64,000 bases of DNA. Origin: Epithemia pelagica. Its lineage: Eukaryota > Protista > Bacillariophyta. Position numbers and translations under genes: made by a program. Within the stretch, counting starts at the first letter, position 1, and each line of letters opens with the position of its first letter. The stretch spans positions 5,518,001 to 5,582,000 of the forward strand of contig OX337228.1 in assembly GCA_946965045.2 (NCBI GenBank), in the 5' to 3' direction. The notes under the pieces were generated by a model, which saw only the letters and a list, made by a program, of their open reading frames with translations, was not told the origin of the DNA and ran no database searches. Below are positions 22,441-32,665 of this stretch, one piece after another.

Positions 22441-23923
22441 ATGAGTTCAGATGATTTAGAAGGCGATGATATCTGGGGTGATTCGGGTGGATCCGCCGAG
22501 CTGGGAGGAGGTGGTGCCGCCGCGGCGGGTGCCAGTGAAGGCGAAAGCAAGCAACCAGACGATGGCGATGATCCATTGGAGGATGAGGAAACGAGGCATA
22601 TGACGATATCCGAATTACGCCAACGCATTCATTTATTGAACAATGATATTCGTGTCATGAAGTCAGATGTTCAACGCATCACTCATGAAAGTCGAGGGCA
22701 ACGTGAACGCATCAAGGAAAATCAAGAAAAGGTCAAAGTGAACAAGCAATTGCCATACTTGGTCGCGAACGTGGTCGAAGTGTTGGAACCTGATGCAGAG
22801 GATGGTACGTAGTCCCAATGGAGCGTTTGCTTTGAGGTTTTCGAGACAAGTGACTTATTCTGGTTCTATTCCTGGATTTTTGTCTTAAATAGGTTTGGAA
22901 GAAGAAGAGGGGGGCGATGCCACGGATGCTGTGGCAAAAACGCGGTCGGCGGTTGTTCGAACTAGTACGCGCCAAACGATTTTCCTTCCAATTCCAGGTT
23001 TGGTGGACCCAGATGAGCTGCGTCCGTCAGATCTTGTGGGTACGAACAAGGATTCCTATCTAATCCTCGAAAAGTTGCCAGAAGAATTTGACAGTCGTGT
23101 GCAAGCAATGGAAGTAGATGAAAGACCCACGGAAGAATATTCTGACATTGGTGGAGCTGACCAGCAAATCCAAGAATTGATTGAAGCTGTGGTCCTTCCC
23201 ATGACTCATAAAGATATGTTCGAGACCATCGGAATACGGCCACCCAAAGGTGTTCTGTTGCATGGACCACCAGGAACAGGAAAGACTCTGCTGGCCCGTG
23301 CCTGTGCCAATCAAACCAATGCAATCTTTTTGAAGCTGGCTGGGCCTCAGCTAGTCCAAATGTTTATTGGTGATGGAGCGAAACTTATACGCGATGCGTT
23401 TGAATTGGCAAAAGCGAAGATCAAGCAAGGCCTGTCAACGGGTGCTATTCTGTTCATTGATGAAATTGACGCTATCGGAACAAAGCGCTTTGGTGGTGAT
23501 CAATCAGGTGATCGCGAAGTACAACGTACCATGTTGGAGTTACTGAGTCAGCTGGATGGCTTTAGTAGCAATGAAATGATCAAAGTCATTGCTGCTACAA
23601 ATCGACCAGATGTGTTGGATCCGGCGCTTTTGCGTTCTGGTCGTCTTGATCGAAAAATCGAACTTCCTCATCCAAATGAAGATGCTAGAGCCAAGATTTT
23701 ACAGATTCATTCACGAAAAATGAACGTGAGCCCTGAGGTTGTCTTTGAGGAACTCGCACGTTCATGCGAAGATTTCAATGGTGCTCAGCTAAAGGCGGTT
23801 TGTGTGGAAGCTGGAATGCTTGCCTTGCGGAGAGAATCCTCTACCATTATGCATGAAGATTTTGTAGAAGCCATCACAGTTGTTGCTGCCAAGAAGAAAG
23901 GAAGTCTGGATTATTTTGCTTAG
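22441..23923 (+). CDS. RPT5: 26S proteasome AAA-ATPase subunit RPT5 (PSMC3)
   Basis: Exons 22441-22804 and 22893-23923 (intron 22805-22892). Motifs: [54 protein letters not shown]. Confidence 0.97.
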
Positions 23924-24124
23924 CCGAAATAGAAGGAACTCTGTAAGACATCTAATAGAATGCGTCGAAAGAAATACAATGGATGATCACATCCAGCAAT
24001 TCGGTTCCATGCGTGACATTCAGTGGACCTAGTTTCCCATCGCTTGAAATAAGCATCATCATGACCACTTCATAGTGTAGATATAGGAAACTTTGTATAC
24101 CTTAAATAAACACCACCTACATTT

Positions 24125-25334
24125 TTACTCCACCATGCAGATCATTTCGTTGAATCGGTCTACTTCCGTGGAAGATCCGATGCAAAGAGCAGTACGTTGG
24201 TCGACGGAGTTGATTTGAACATCCAAAATCGATCCACCAGTCACACCATCAGAAGTCTTGCCTCCTGCCTTTTCAACAAGAAGTCCGAAAGGAGCAGCTT
24301 CAAACGCCAGTCGGAGTTTGGCAGGGCTTCCTTCGGAGGTGGGGTTGGAGAAGACACCTTGTTCCTTTGTGAACTGTTGGTACACATCAGGGACAAGACC
24401 TCCAGAGTATCGGAGAGTGTAACGGTTCTCCATGAAGTGGTCAATGAGCTTCTTGTATCCAGGCAAGTCTTGGGCGGCACGCAAGTTGGCAGGGGCAAAG
24501 ATTTTGCAGTCAGGGCTGATGGAAATCTTGTGGCGAGAGCAGATCCAAGGTTCCCAGGTACCATCGGGAAGTTGGCAACCCTCAGGAGTGCAGCCGTAGC
24601 TGAATTCGTACGTTCCGTCGTCCAAGGCAACGAGAACAGTTGTACGAGGACCATACAAAGCAACCAAGGAGGTAACTTGGTCACGGCCAGTGGCTCCAAT
24701 CAAACCAGTGCTCTTGGGCCAAACACCAATCATGGTACCAACAGCCCAGTTATTGTCGACAATGGACGATCCATCCAAAGGATCCCAGCAGATAGTGAAC
24801 TCTCCGTCACCACCTTCGTCGACGTCACGGACAACAGGGTCTTCTTCGGAGGCTCCCTCGCGAATGACAGAAGACTTCTTCACCGAGTCCCAGATCAAGT
24901 TGTCGGCAATCACCTGTATATCGAAAAGAGTAAAATCACTATACAATGAGTCCATGGTCAACATTTCAGTTGTACTGTTCGTCCACTACAGACTTGTTCG
25001 CACTCACATCAACAGAAAGCTGGGCATCACCGAAATCGTTCATACTTCCTTCCACAGTGACAAGGGCTGTGCGAAGGGCCTCAGTGATTTCAGCGCACAC
25101 ATCAAGCATGTCCTTGATCACGGCGCGGACCTTGGGGTCGCTGCACTTTTGCTCAAGGACGGCGTCAAGGCTCTCATAGGAATCCTTTTTCTCCGTCTTT
25201 GTGTAGAAAGACGTGGACGAGGCACCAAATTCACCAAAAAGCTTGGTGGTGGAGGCCTGGCTTTTCAAGAAAGCAGGAGTGCTGAAAGCAGCAACTGCGT
25301 CGGCAAGGAGGAAGAGAGATGTGGCGACCTTCAT
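24125..25334 (-). CDS. SBP: Sedoheptulose-1,7-bisphosphatase-like enzyme with bipartite plastid presequence
   Basis: Exons 25334-25008 and 24913-24125 (intron 24914-25007), 371 aa. SBPase-type motifs: NDFGDAQLSVDVIAD, DPLDGSSIVDNN, TGRDQV..YGPRTT, YTLRYSGGLVPDV, AKLRLAFEAAP. Presequence MKVATSLFLLADAVAA-FSTPAFLKSQASTTKLF. Confidence 0.88.
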
Positions 25335-25740
25335 TGTTGGGGAGAAGAATGAACTGTGTGTCGAATCTGCCAGAGGTGATTCGCAAAAGTTTTCGTCTCG
25401 TGGACTCTGGGTAGCACGTCACACATTTGACATACGTATGCACGGGACTGCGTTGAGTAACCTTATTTTTCGGCCGACGTCGATCCGCTCACGATTATGG
25501 CACATCGTACGGACCATGACGACGATGTTAACACTCGGACCACAGACGACGATAATCCAAGGGAAAGGTTACAATCGTTTGCAAAAGCTCATACATCATC
25601 GATCGACTTAGAATGCTTCAACAACGAAAACAACTCAACGTATAGATAATCTGACCACCCCTAGCTACGGTAGCTAGTGATGATAAAAGTTGTAGATTAC
25701 GAATGCTATTTCACTGAAAAATACTAGGTAGGTAGGAATC

Positions 25741-27231
25741 TTAGTTGCCAGCAGCGGCATAAGCGTCAATAACTTCTTGGACATCGTTCTTCGATCCCAT
25801 GACGACAGGAATCCTTTGGTGAACAATCTTAGGCTTGATTTCCATGACACGTTCGGTACCAGTGGTGGACAAACCGCCAGCTTGTTCCATAATGAAGGAC
25901 ATGGGGGCACCTTCGTACAAAAGACGAAGCTTGCCATTGGGGTTCTTGGTATCACCGGGGTATCCAAAGACACCTCCGTACAACAAGGTACGGTGGACGT
26001 CTCCCACCATGGATCCAATGTAGCGACTGGAGAATTTCTTTCCGCTCTTTCCCGTTCCTTCACGCCACTTCATGACGGTATCACGCATTGGTGCGTCCCA
26101 CATTTCCAAGTTGGCTTCATTGAAGGAGTAGATGCCAGAATTTTCCGGGATTTCCACTCTTGGCTTTGAAAGAACAAACTCACCAATCGATTCATCCAAA
26201 GTGAAGATGTACACACCGTTTCCGAGGGTCAAGGCCAAGAATGTGGAGGAGGAATAGAGGCAGTAGGCGGCAGCGACAAGGTTTGTTCCGGGTTGAAGAG
26301 TGTTGGCAAGGCACTGGGCTTCTTGTTGAGTGCATTCATCGTCAATGCAATCAGGGTCAACTTCGCATCTTTCGTCGTGTTCATAGACGCCAATAATAGT
26401 TCCGGTGGGGATACCGGCATCGACATTGGACGATCCATCCAAGGCTATACAAAAGATGAAACAACCAAAACGTGTGAGGATGTTGCTCACATGCAGCTTA
26501 CCAAAGTTTTCAGCATGAAACGAGTCGTAAAAGCCAGATCGCTCTATTGGACAATGACAAAGAACAACTTACGCTGCAACACAAGAACACAATGAGTGAG
26601 ATGTCTGCTGGCAGCAAAGTTGGTCGAGAGAAGTGGAAACACCAGGAAATAAATAAATCAAACGGAAGCAGAGGAAACTTACATCGAATACTGCAACATA
26701 TTTGCCACTGTCGTCAATGATTACTTCTCGGTCGTCATCCTCCTCCAAAAGTGACACAGGCGCATCTTCTTCTTCGGAGGCCAGTACTCCCAAACGGCCA
26801 GTGAAACGAAGGGCACGCTTCAAGAGATCGTTCGTGATGACATCAAGCTTTTTCTGGTCTTCACCTTGGACATTGACCTCGCCTTGGTATCCAAGAGTCT
26901 CACTGGAGGGGAGCTGGGAACGCTTGACCAGGTTCGAGATGGCTTTGCAGGCCGTATCAATGGCTCCAAAGAGAGTTGTAAGCTCCTTGAGTTCAGGGTT
27001 GAGCATGGTGACTTCATTCATGAAGCGAGTCAATGTAACTCCAGTGGTGTCGCACACTTCGTCAAAGACGGGTGCCTTTGTTTTGGTTTGAATTCCAGAG
27101 GGTGGTGCTTCGACCGACGAAAACATGACACTGGATGTGCGAGCCGGTGTCTGGGCTCCTCCACCCACAACGAAAGCATCGGCAACCGTGGACGCAAGGG
27201 CGAATACTACGGCAACAGCACTAAACTTCAT
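25741..27231 (-). CDS. FBP: Plastid fructose-1,6-bisphosphatase, copy A (contains a 1-nt exon)
   Basis: Exons 27231-26683, 26573 (1 nt) and 26444-25741, 417 aa. Motifs: [47 protein letters not shown]. Signal cleavage at ADA-FVV. Confidence 0.93.
26573..26573 (-). other. Single-nucleotide exon (C) of FBPase copy A
   Basis: The minus strand reads TTGCAG|C|GTAAGT. The flanking introns are 26574-26682 and 26445-26572. The C is required to restore the frame of D-P-L-D-G. Confidence 0.8.
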
Positions 27232-27682
27232 GGTTTCGGTTTGTCTCACGAACACAAAAGGTTGGAAAAGAGACCTGATATAGTATGACGATGAAAGCAA
27301 TCGAATGAATACGGATGCAGGCGTTATTTTTTCTGACATGTTACGAGAATCGGTTCAAAAATTTAAATTCAGGGGGCGTGTTAGATCAATGACGTGTGTG
27401 CGAAAAGGCACGTTGGTCGGAACCAACATTCTTGCAAAAGAGGTGAAATTTTGTGAATCTGCGCCCCACCGTACGACGATACTCCGCTTTACTTACTGTT
27501 ACTGCATACATAGGTTAGTGGGGCAGAGCCTTAAATTTTCTTGCATGAGATGACACGACGACGGAGTCTGTCGCACGACAAAATCCGTCGTGCCACACAC
27601 CAAAGATACAATAGAGCAATTTGCATTCGCAAGTTTGTCTGGTCTATAAGTTGGAAAAAGGTGCAGTTGGAAACAAACAACC
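27232..27682. promoter_or_regulatory. Putative bidirectional promoter between the two FBPase genes
   Basis: 451 bp separate the divergent ATGs at 27231 (-) and 27683 (+). The interval contains a TGACGT motif at 27390. Confidence 0.55.
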
Positions 27683-29229
27683 ATGAAGATTGTGCAACTT
27701 CTCTCTCTTGTCGTCGCCCCAGTGGCTGGCTTTTCGCCGCTTACTGGACCTGCCCACCGTACTGCTTCGTCTTTGGGAATTGCCACCAACTCGGCGCCGG
27801 TGGAACCCAAGACGAAGGCCCCTGTCTTCGACGAAGTCTGTGAAACCACGGGCGTCACCCTGAAACGCTTCATGACCGAAGTCGCCATGCTCAACCCTGA
27901 AATCACAGAATTGACCACCCTCTTTGGTGCGATTGACACTGCCTGCAAGGCCATTGCCAAGTAAGTTCGTCCCTCCCCTGTCGGTTCTCGGTTGCCGGTT
28001 GCCGGTTGCCTTGTGCAGTTCATGTCAAAGTCACTCATTAACACAACCATTGCTTTCTTTTTGGAACAGCCTGGTCCGTCGGTCGCAACTTCCATCGAGT
28101 GAAACCCTTGGACTCGAAGGAGAAGTGAATATTCAAGGTGAAGACCAAAAGAAGTTGGACGTGATCACCAACGACATTTTGAAGAGAGCCCTTCGCTTCA
28201 CTGGACGATTGGGAGTGTTGGCCTCTGAGGAAGAGGACACCCCTGTCGATCTCATGGCCAACCAACAACCTTCTGTCATCATTGATGAGGGAGAGAAATA
28301 TGTCGCTGTCTTTGATGTAAGTCAGTCAAAAGCACGAATGACGTGCTGTCGGTTTGATCACTAACTGTCGTCCTACTTCACTGTTGTTTCTCGACTTCGA
28401 ATCTTTTGTGTTATTCCTACTTTGGTTTTCCCTGCACTTTTGGAAATAGCGTAAGTTCCCCAAGCAGCTGATTTCTATGAATCGTGGATCGTGTACTCAC
28501 TAAATTTTTCTGGACGTTTGTCAAACAGCCTTGGACGGATCTTCGAACGTTGACGCTGGTATTCCCACTGGTACCATTGTTGGAATCTATGAACATGACG
28601 AAGAATGTGCAGTTGACCCCGACTGTGTTGGAGACGAATGCACCGAACAAGAAGCACAGTGCCTTGCCAACACTCTTCAACCTGGAACCAACTTGGTTGC
28701 TGCCGCCTACTGCCTCTATTCCTCTTCCACCTTCCTCGTCCTCACTCTTGGAGCTGGAACATATGGATTCACTTTGGACGACAACCTTGGAGAGTTTGTC
28801 TTGAGTCACCCCAATATTCAGATCCCAGAGACTTCCTCCATCATGTCTTTCAACGAGGCCAATACTGGAAACTGGGACGAACCCCTCCAAAAGGTTGTCA
28901 GTAACTGGAAGGCAGGAACTGGCGCCAGTGGCAAGAAATTCTCCAGCAGATACATTGGCTCCATGGTTGGAGATGTTCACCGTACCTTGTTGTACGGTGG
29001 TGTGTTTGGATACCCTGCCGATACCAAGAACACGAATGGAAAGCTTCGTCTCTTGTACGAGGGTGCACCCATGTCGTACATTGTGGAACAAGCAGGGGGA
29101 CTGTCAACGACTGGAACAAAGAGAGTAATGGAAATCTCCCCTGAAACCGTCCACCAACGTGTTCCCATTGTTATGGGCTCCAAGAACGATATTCAAGAAG
29201 TTATTGATTCTTACGCCGCCAGCAACTAG
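27683..29229 (+). CDS. FBP: Plastid fructose-1,6-bisphosphatase, copy B (contains a 1-nt exon)
   Basis: Exons 27683-27960, 28070-28316, 28450 (1 nt) and 28529-29229, 408 aa. It has the same catalytic motifs as copy A. Signal cleavage at VAG-FSP. Confidence 0.93.
28450..28450 (+). other. Single-nucleotide exon (C) of FBPase copy B
   Basis: The sequence reads AAATAG|C|GTAAGT. The flanking introns are 28317-28449 and 28451-28528. The C is required to restore the frame of D-P-L-D-G. Confidence 0.8.
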
Positions 29230-29534
29230 ATATAAAAAAGTGATGATAGTATAAGTGGATAGTATACACGAAATCTAGAGCAAATCTACTTATCTCCAGG
29301 GTCGTGAGTGTTTTTTATTTGTCTAACGTTCAAACATATTCAACATGTGACTAATGATCGGCATTTATGGGAGGTTGGTTGATGAACAAAAAGAAGCTCG
29401 GAGTGATTTGAAAAAGTCTGCTGAACCCAACCCAATCTTTTGTGATGTGGTGAGATATAAGAGAGTCAATCATACAAGCGATGGAGTCTAACCCGACGCG
29501 AAATTGTCGCGTTGAAAGAAATGGTACCGCTTTC

Positions 29535-30155
29535 TCAGACGAGTACCGTTTCCTTGACTGCTGGTTCGCTGCTTGGAGTGTGTTTGTCCGAGTTTGAGCG
29601 TCCTTTTGACCTGGACCGTTTGGCATCATGGCGTGAGCGCGATCGACTGCGTCTTGAAGACTTGGATCTGCTGCTTCTCCTGCTCTTGTTGTCTTCGTCA
29701 TCCTTCATCAAATCGTAATCTCCCTTGCGTGAACGAGATCGACTTCGACTTCGTTTGACGGACCCTGACCGGCCCTTACTCTCTGACCTCTTCTTCTCTT
29801 TTTTGTTGGAAGAAGATGAGTCAGAAGACATCCTTCGCATTATAGCACGAAACATTAAGATGGATAGTCCAAGTGCGACAATTATTGAAACAATTTTGAT
29901 GGTATTCTTGAAGATTGTGGACTCTGTTGCAAGTCCACCACCACCTCCTCCTCCTCCACCACCATCGCCGCCTCCACCACTTCCTCCGTAGAAGCTTTCG
30001 TACGCTCCATCATTGAAATCTCGCATGGCCTCGTCATCGTTAAACCAACCAGCTCGTTGTCGCCAATATTCGACATCTTCGATCCGCCGTAATTGGTTTG
30101 TGAATCTCGCGCCTTCCTGCTCTGTCTCCGAGGACTGCCGAAGATACCGTGTCAT
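29535..30155 (-). CDS. Single-pass membrane protein with Gly-rich linker and RS-dipeptide-rich tail
   Basis: 206-aa ORF with TM segment IVSIIVALGLSILMF, poly-Gly, and RSRSRSRS repeats. Confidence 0.75.
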   Translation of the reverse strand: MTRYLRQSSETEQEGARFTNQLRRIEDVEYWRQRAGWFNDDEAMRDFNDGAYESFYGGSGGGGDGGGGGGGGGGLATESTIFKNTIKIVSIIVALGLSILMFRAIMRRMSSDSSSSNKKEKKRSESKGRSGSVKRSRSRSRSRKGDYDLMKDDEDNKSRRSSRSKSSRRSRSRSRHDAKRSRSKGRSNSDKHTPSSEPAVKETVLV

Positions 30156-31051
30156 TGCTCAATATTATTTGCTCACGCTTAGTGTCGAACCGTTTCGACT
30201 TTCACGGTGACGTTGGTGCCCTAGTAAGAAAAAGTGGTAATGCGATGATGGAATAAATGGGCGGTTTGTTGCTTGGACGTGGTCAATTCCTCAAATTTAA
30301 TGACAAAGAAGGACTTGACGAAATGGATATCTTCGATCCTGGAACAACAGACCCCGGAAGCTCCAGCACATATAGAATGAGGTGTCGTTCAACAGTCTCA
30401 ACCTCTTCTTCCTCTTCCCTTCCAATAGAGTTCAGGAAAAGTCAGACGAGACCACCTCGTGGATTCTTGGTCCTGTGTGGTAGACTACCAAAATTGTTCT
30501 TGGCCCCCTCGCAACTCGCAACGTTGACTGTGTTGGCTCTGGCGGCGCCAGCGAGTTGGCGATTGTCGACTGGCGCGGCGTATAAACACTTGCATTACAC
30601 GAAATCTACTCCAAATTCCATGAGAACGAAGCAAATTCTCTGTATATAGTACAATAGTTAGGGAGACATTTTGATTATATCTCCTCTAAGCCGCAGTATT
30701 TTGGGACATTTTGCGCTTATGCCATGGATGGTTTACTTACAACGACACGCTTCCCTCCTCACATCCCACACGACACACGACACAACGGACGGGCAGCGTG
30801 CGCGACTCTCTAAAATACAATGACCTGACAAACGCATGAGATGCGCGAACAACAAGACCAAACGCAAGCGTAAGTAGAGGAGCTTCCGATTACACTCCTT
30901 ATTCGATAATCGTACACGTGCCAACAAACGAAGACGCAGTCTGTCTGTCATCTCATGGGCGTGATTGATTCATTCCTGTTAGTGACGCATTTCGGGGTCC
31001 AGTTTTCCTGAACACTTCCAAATTTTCAGTTCGTGTCTGGAAGTCTCGACC

Positions 31052-32404
31052 ATGATGTTGAAATCGCCTTCAGCCTCATGTTTGCTCGTCAGTTGCAGTC
31101 TTTGTATCACAGTGATACACATACCTTTTACCCATGGATTTTCGGTGATCCAAGAAACACGAACGCCGTTGACGCGTTTGGCTTCATCCATCGGTGGAGA
31201 CGGTGGAGGTCCTGCATCCAACGATGATGGCAGCGGAAGCAACTGGGACGATTTCTTTCGAGGAGAGGAATCTGAAAGTATGCTTCGTGCTAGAGAATAT
31301 TTTAGCGAAAATTCTCTCCCAATCAACTTTGATGCAAGCACGAAAGAGGATGATACAGGTGAAACAAATACGGATTCGAATGAATTGGATCGAGCAAACG
31401 AACAAACAAAGCCTCAGGGTAACAACTCACCTTTTACGGATGACCAAGATTCTTTTGCGCTCGTACGATCTGGGACCGATGATAATTCGTTTGGAAGCTT
31501 CGCGCAAGATGAAGACGTTCTGGCATCCAATCCATACATGGCTGCTGTATCAAAGGTCTCGCCCTCGGATCTGATTTCGAAATTCACCAGCACCGCCCAC
31601 CCTCGTGTCCAAAATGCGGTTCGAAGTACAGTGTTGTCATTGATTGGGGGTTTACCGAAAATGGCATTTGAAACAACAACAATCACGACAGGTCAAAGAC
31701 TGGCTTCTCTCATGTTTCAGTTGCAGATGACAGGATATATGTTCAAGAATGCCGAGTATAGGCTTTCGCTGCAACAGTCCATTGGTTCGGATAGCATTCT
31801 CGATGGAAACCCTCTATTGCTTGAAGGAAGTGCAGGGACGTCATCGGACAACAAACCTTCTGTAGACTCCAAAGTTAAGGGCAAGTTAAGGGTCAAATAC
31901 GGCACGAAAAAAGATGGGGAACTGGCGGATAAGGAAGCTTCTTCCAGTTCGATGGAGGTAGAAGTCGATGCAGCTGCTTATATGTCAGAACTGCGATCCG
32001 AGGTAATGCAGCTCCGCGATGAGCTCATGATCACACGGAAAGAGAAGGAAGATGCATTACGGAAAGATTTACTGGTCTACATTCGCACATTACCCGAACA
32101 AGAACTTAGAAGCTTGACGAATACAATATCACAAGATGTCTTGGTGTCCATGAAAGGCTTGGTGAATGCGGTAATGTCGGGTATTGGTGATGGACAAATT
32201 GGCCCAAACACAACAACGGAAATGTCAGCGGAAGCAATGGCTCAGCTTTGCATGTGGCAACTCTGTATAGGATACAACCTGCGAACCCTGGAGGTTAGAG
32301 AAGAAATGAAGAAATCTCTGAGTGGAAACACCTCTGCATCAGGTACCATTTCCGGCATCAAACCTCCAAACGAAAGGGGAGATTCCCCCGGTGCATTTGA
32401 GTAG
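31052..32404 (+). CDS. Plastid-targeted DUF760-family protein (two repeats)
   Basis: Motifs: LASLMFQLQMTGYMFKNAEYRLSL and AQLCMWQLCIGYNLRTLEVRE. Signal cleavage at THG-FSV. Confidence 0.85.
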   Translation: MMLKSPSASCLLVSCSLCITVIHIPFTHGFSVIQETRTPLTRLASSIGGDGGGPASNDDGSGSNWDDFFRGEESESMLRAREYFSENSLPINFDASTKEDDTGETNTDSNELDRANEQTKPQGNNSPFTDDQDSFALVRSGTDDNSFGSFAQDEDVLASNPYMAAVSKVSPSDLISKFTSTAHPRVQNAVRSTVLSLIGGLPKMAFETTTITTGQRLASLMFQLQMTGYMFKNAEYRLSLQQSIGSDSILDGNPLLLEGSAGTSSDNKPSVDSKVKGKLRVKYGTKKDGELADKEASSSSMEVEVDAAAYMSELRSEVMQLRDELMITRKEKEDALRKDLLVYIRTLPEQELRSLTNTISQDVLVSMKGLVNAVMSGIGDGQIGPNTTTEMSAEAMAQLCMWQLCIGYNLRTLEVREEMKKSLSGNTSASGTISGIKPPNERGDSPGAFE

Positions 32405-32665
32405 AATCAAATGACTGTAGTACATGGTGACGATGGTTCGTGAATACCCCAATCCAACATGAATTGCGCTCTTGTGATGAGTATCAGAAAATCCTTAGTT
32501 AAAAATACACTGGAACAGGACGCTTCGAATGGCTGTGGTGTGGGTTGACGTTTGAGTCTGGGAGCTGGTGAAGAGCGGAGACGCCGTCGAACCTGATATA
32601 AGATCCCTAAGATGTAGTAAGAGCGCAGATAGTGGAGAGTTCTTTGCATTTTAGATTTAAAGGTT

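Noticed and set aside
24197-24949. 250-aa plus-strand ORF and similar long antisense ORFs over the FBP, PSAT and kinase genes
   Set aside because: They are antisense shadows caused by the codon bias of highly expressed genes.
26445-26682. Frameshift or pseudogene interpretation of the FBPase genes
   Set aside because: The same 1-nt deficit occurs at the same codon in two diverged paralogs, each with an internal AG-C-GTAAGT. All other codons are intact.
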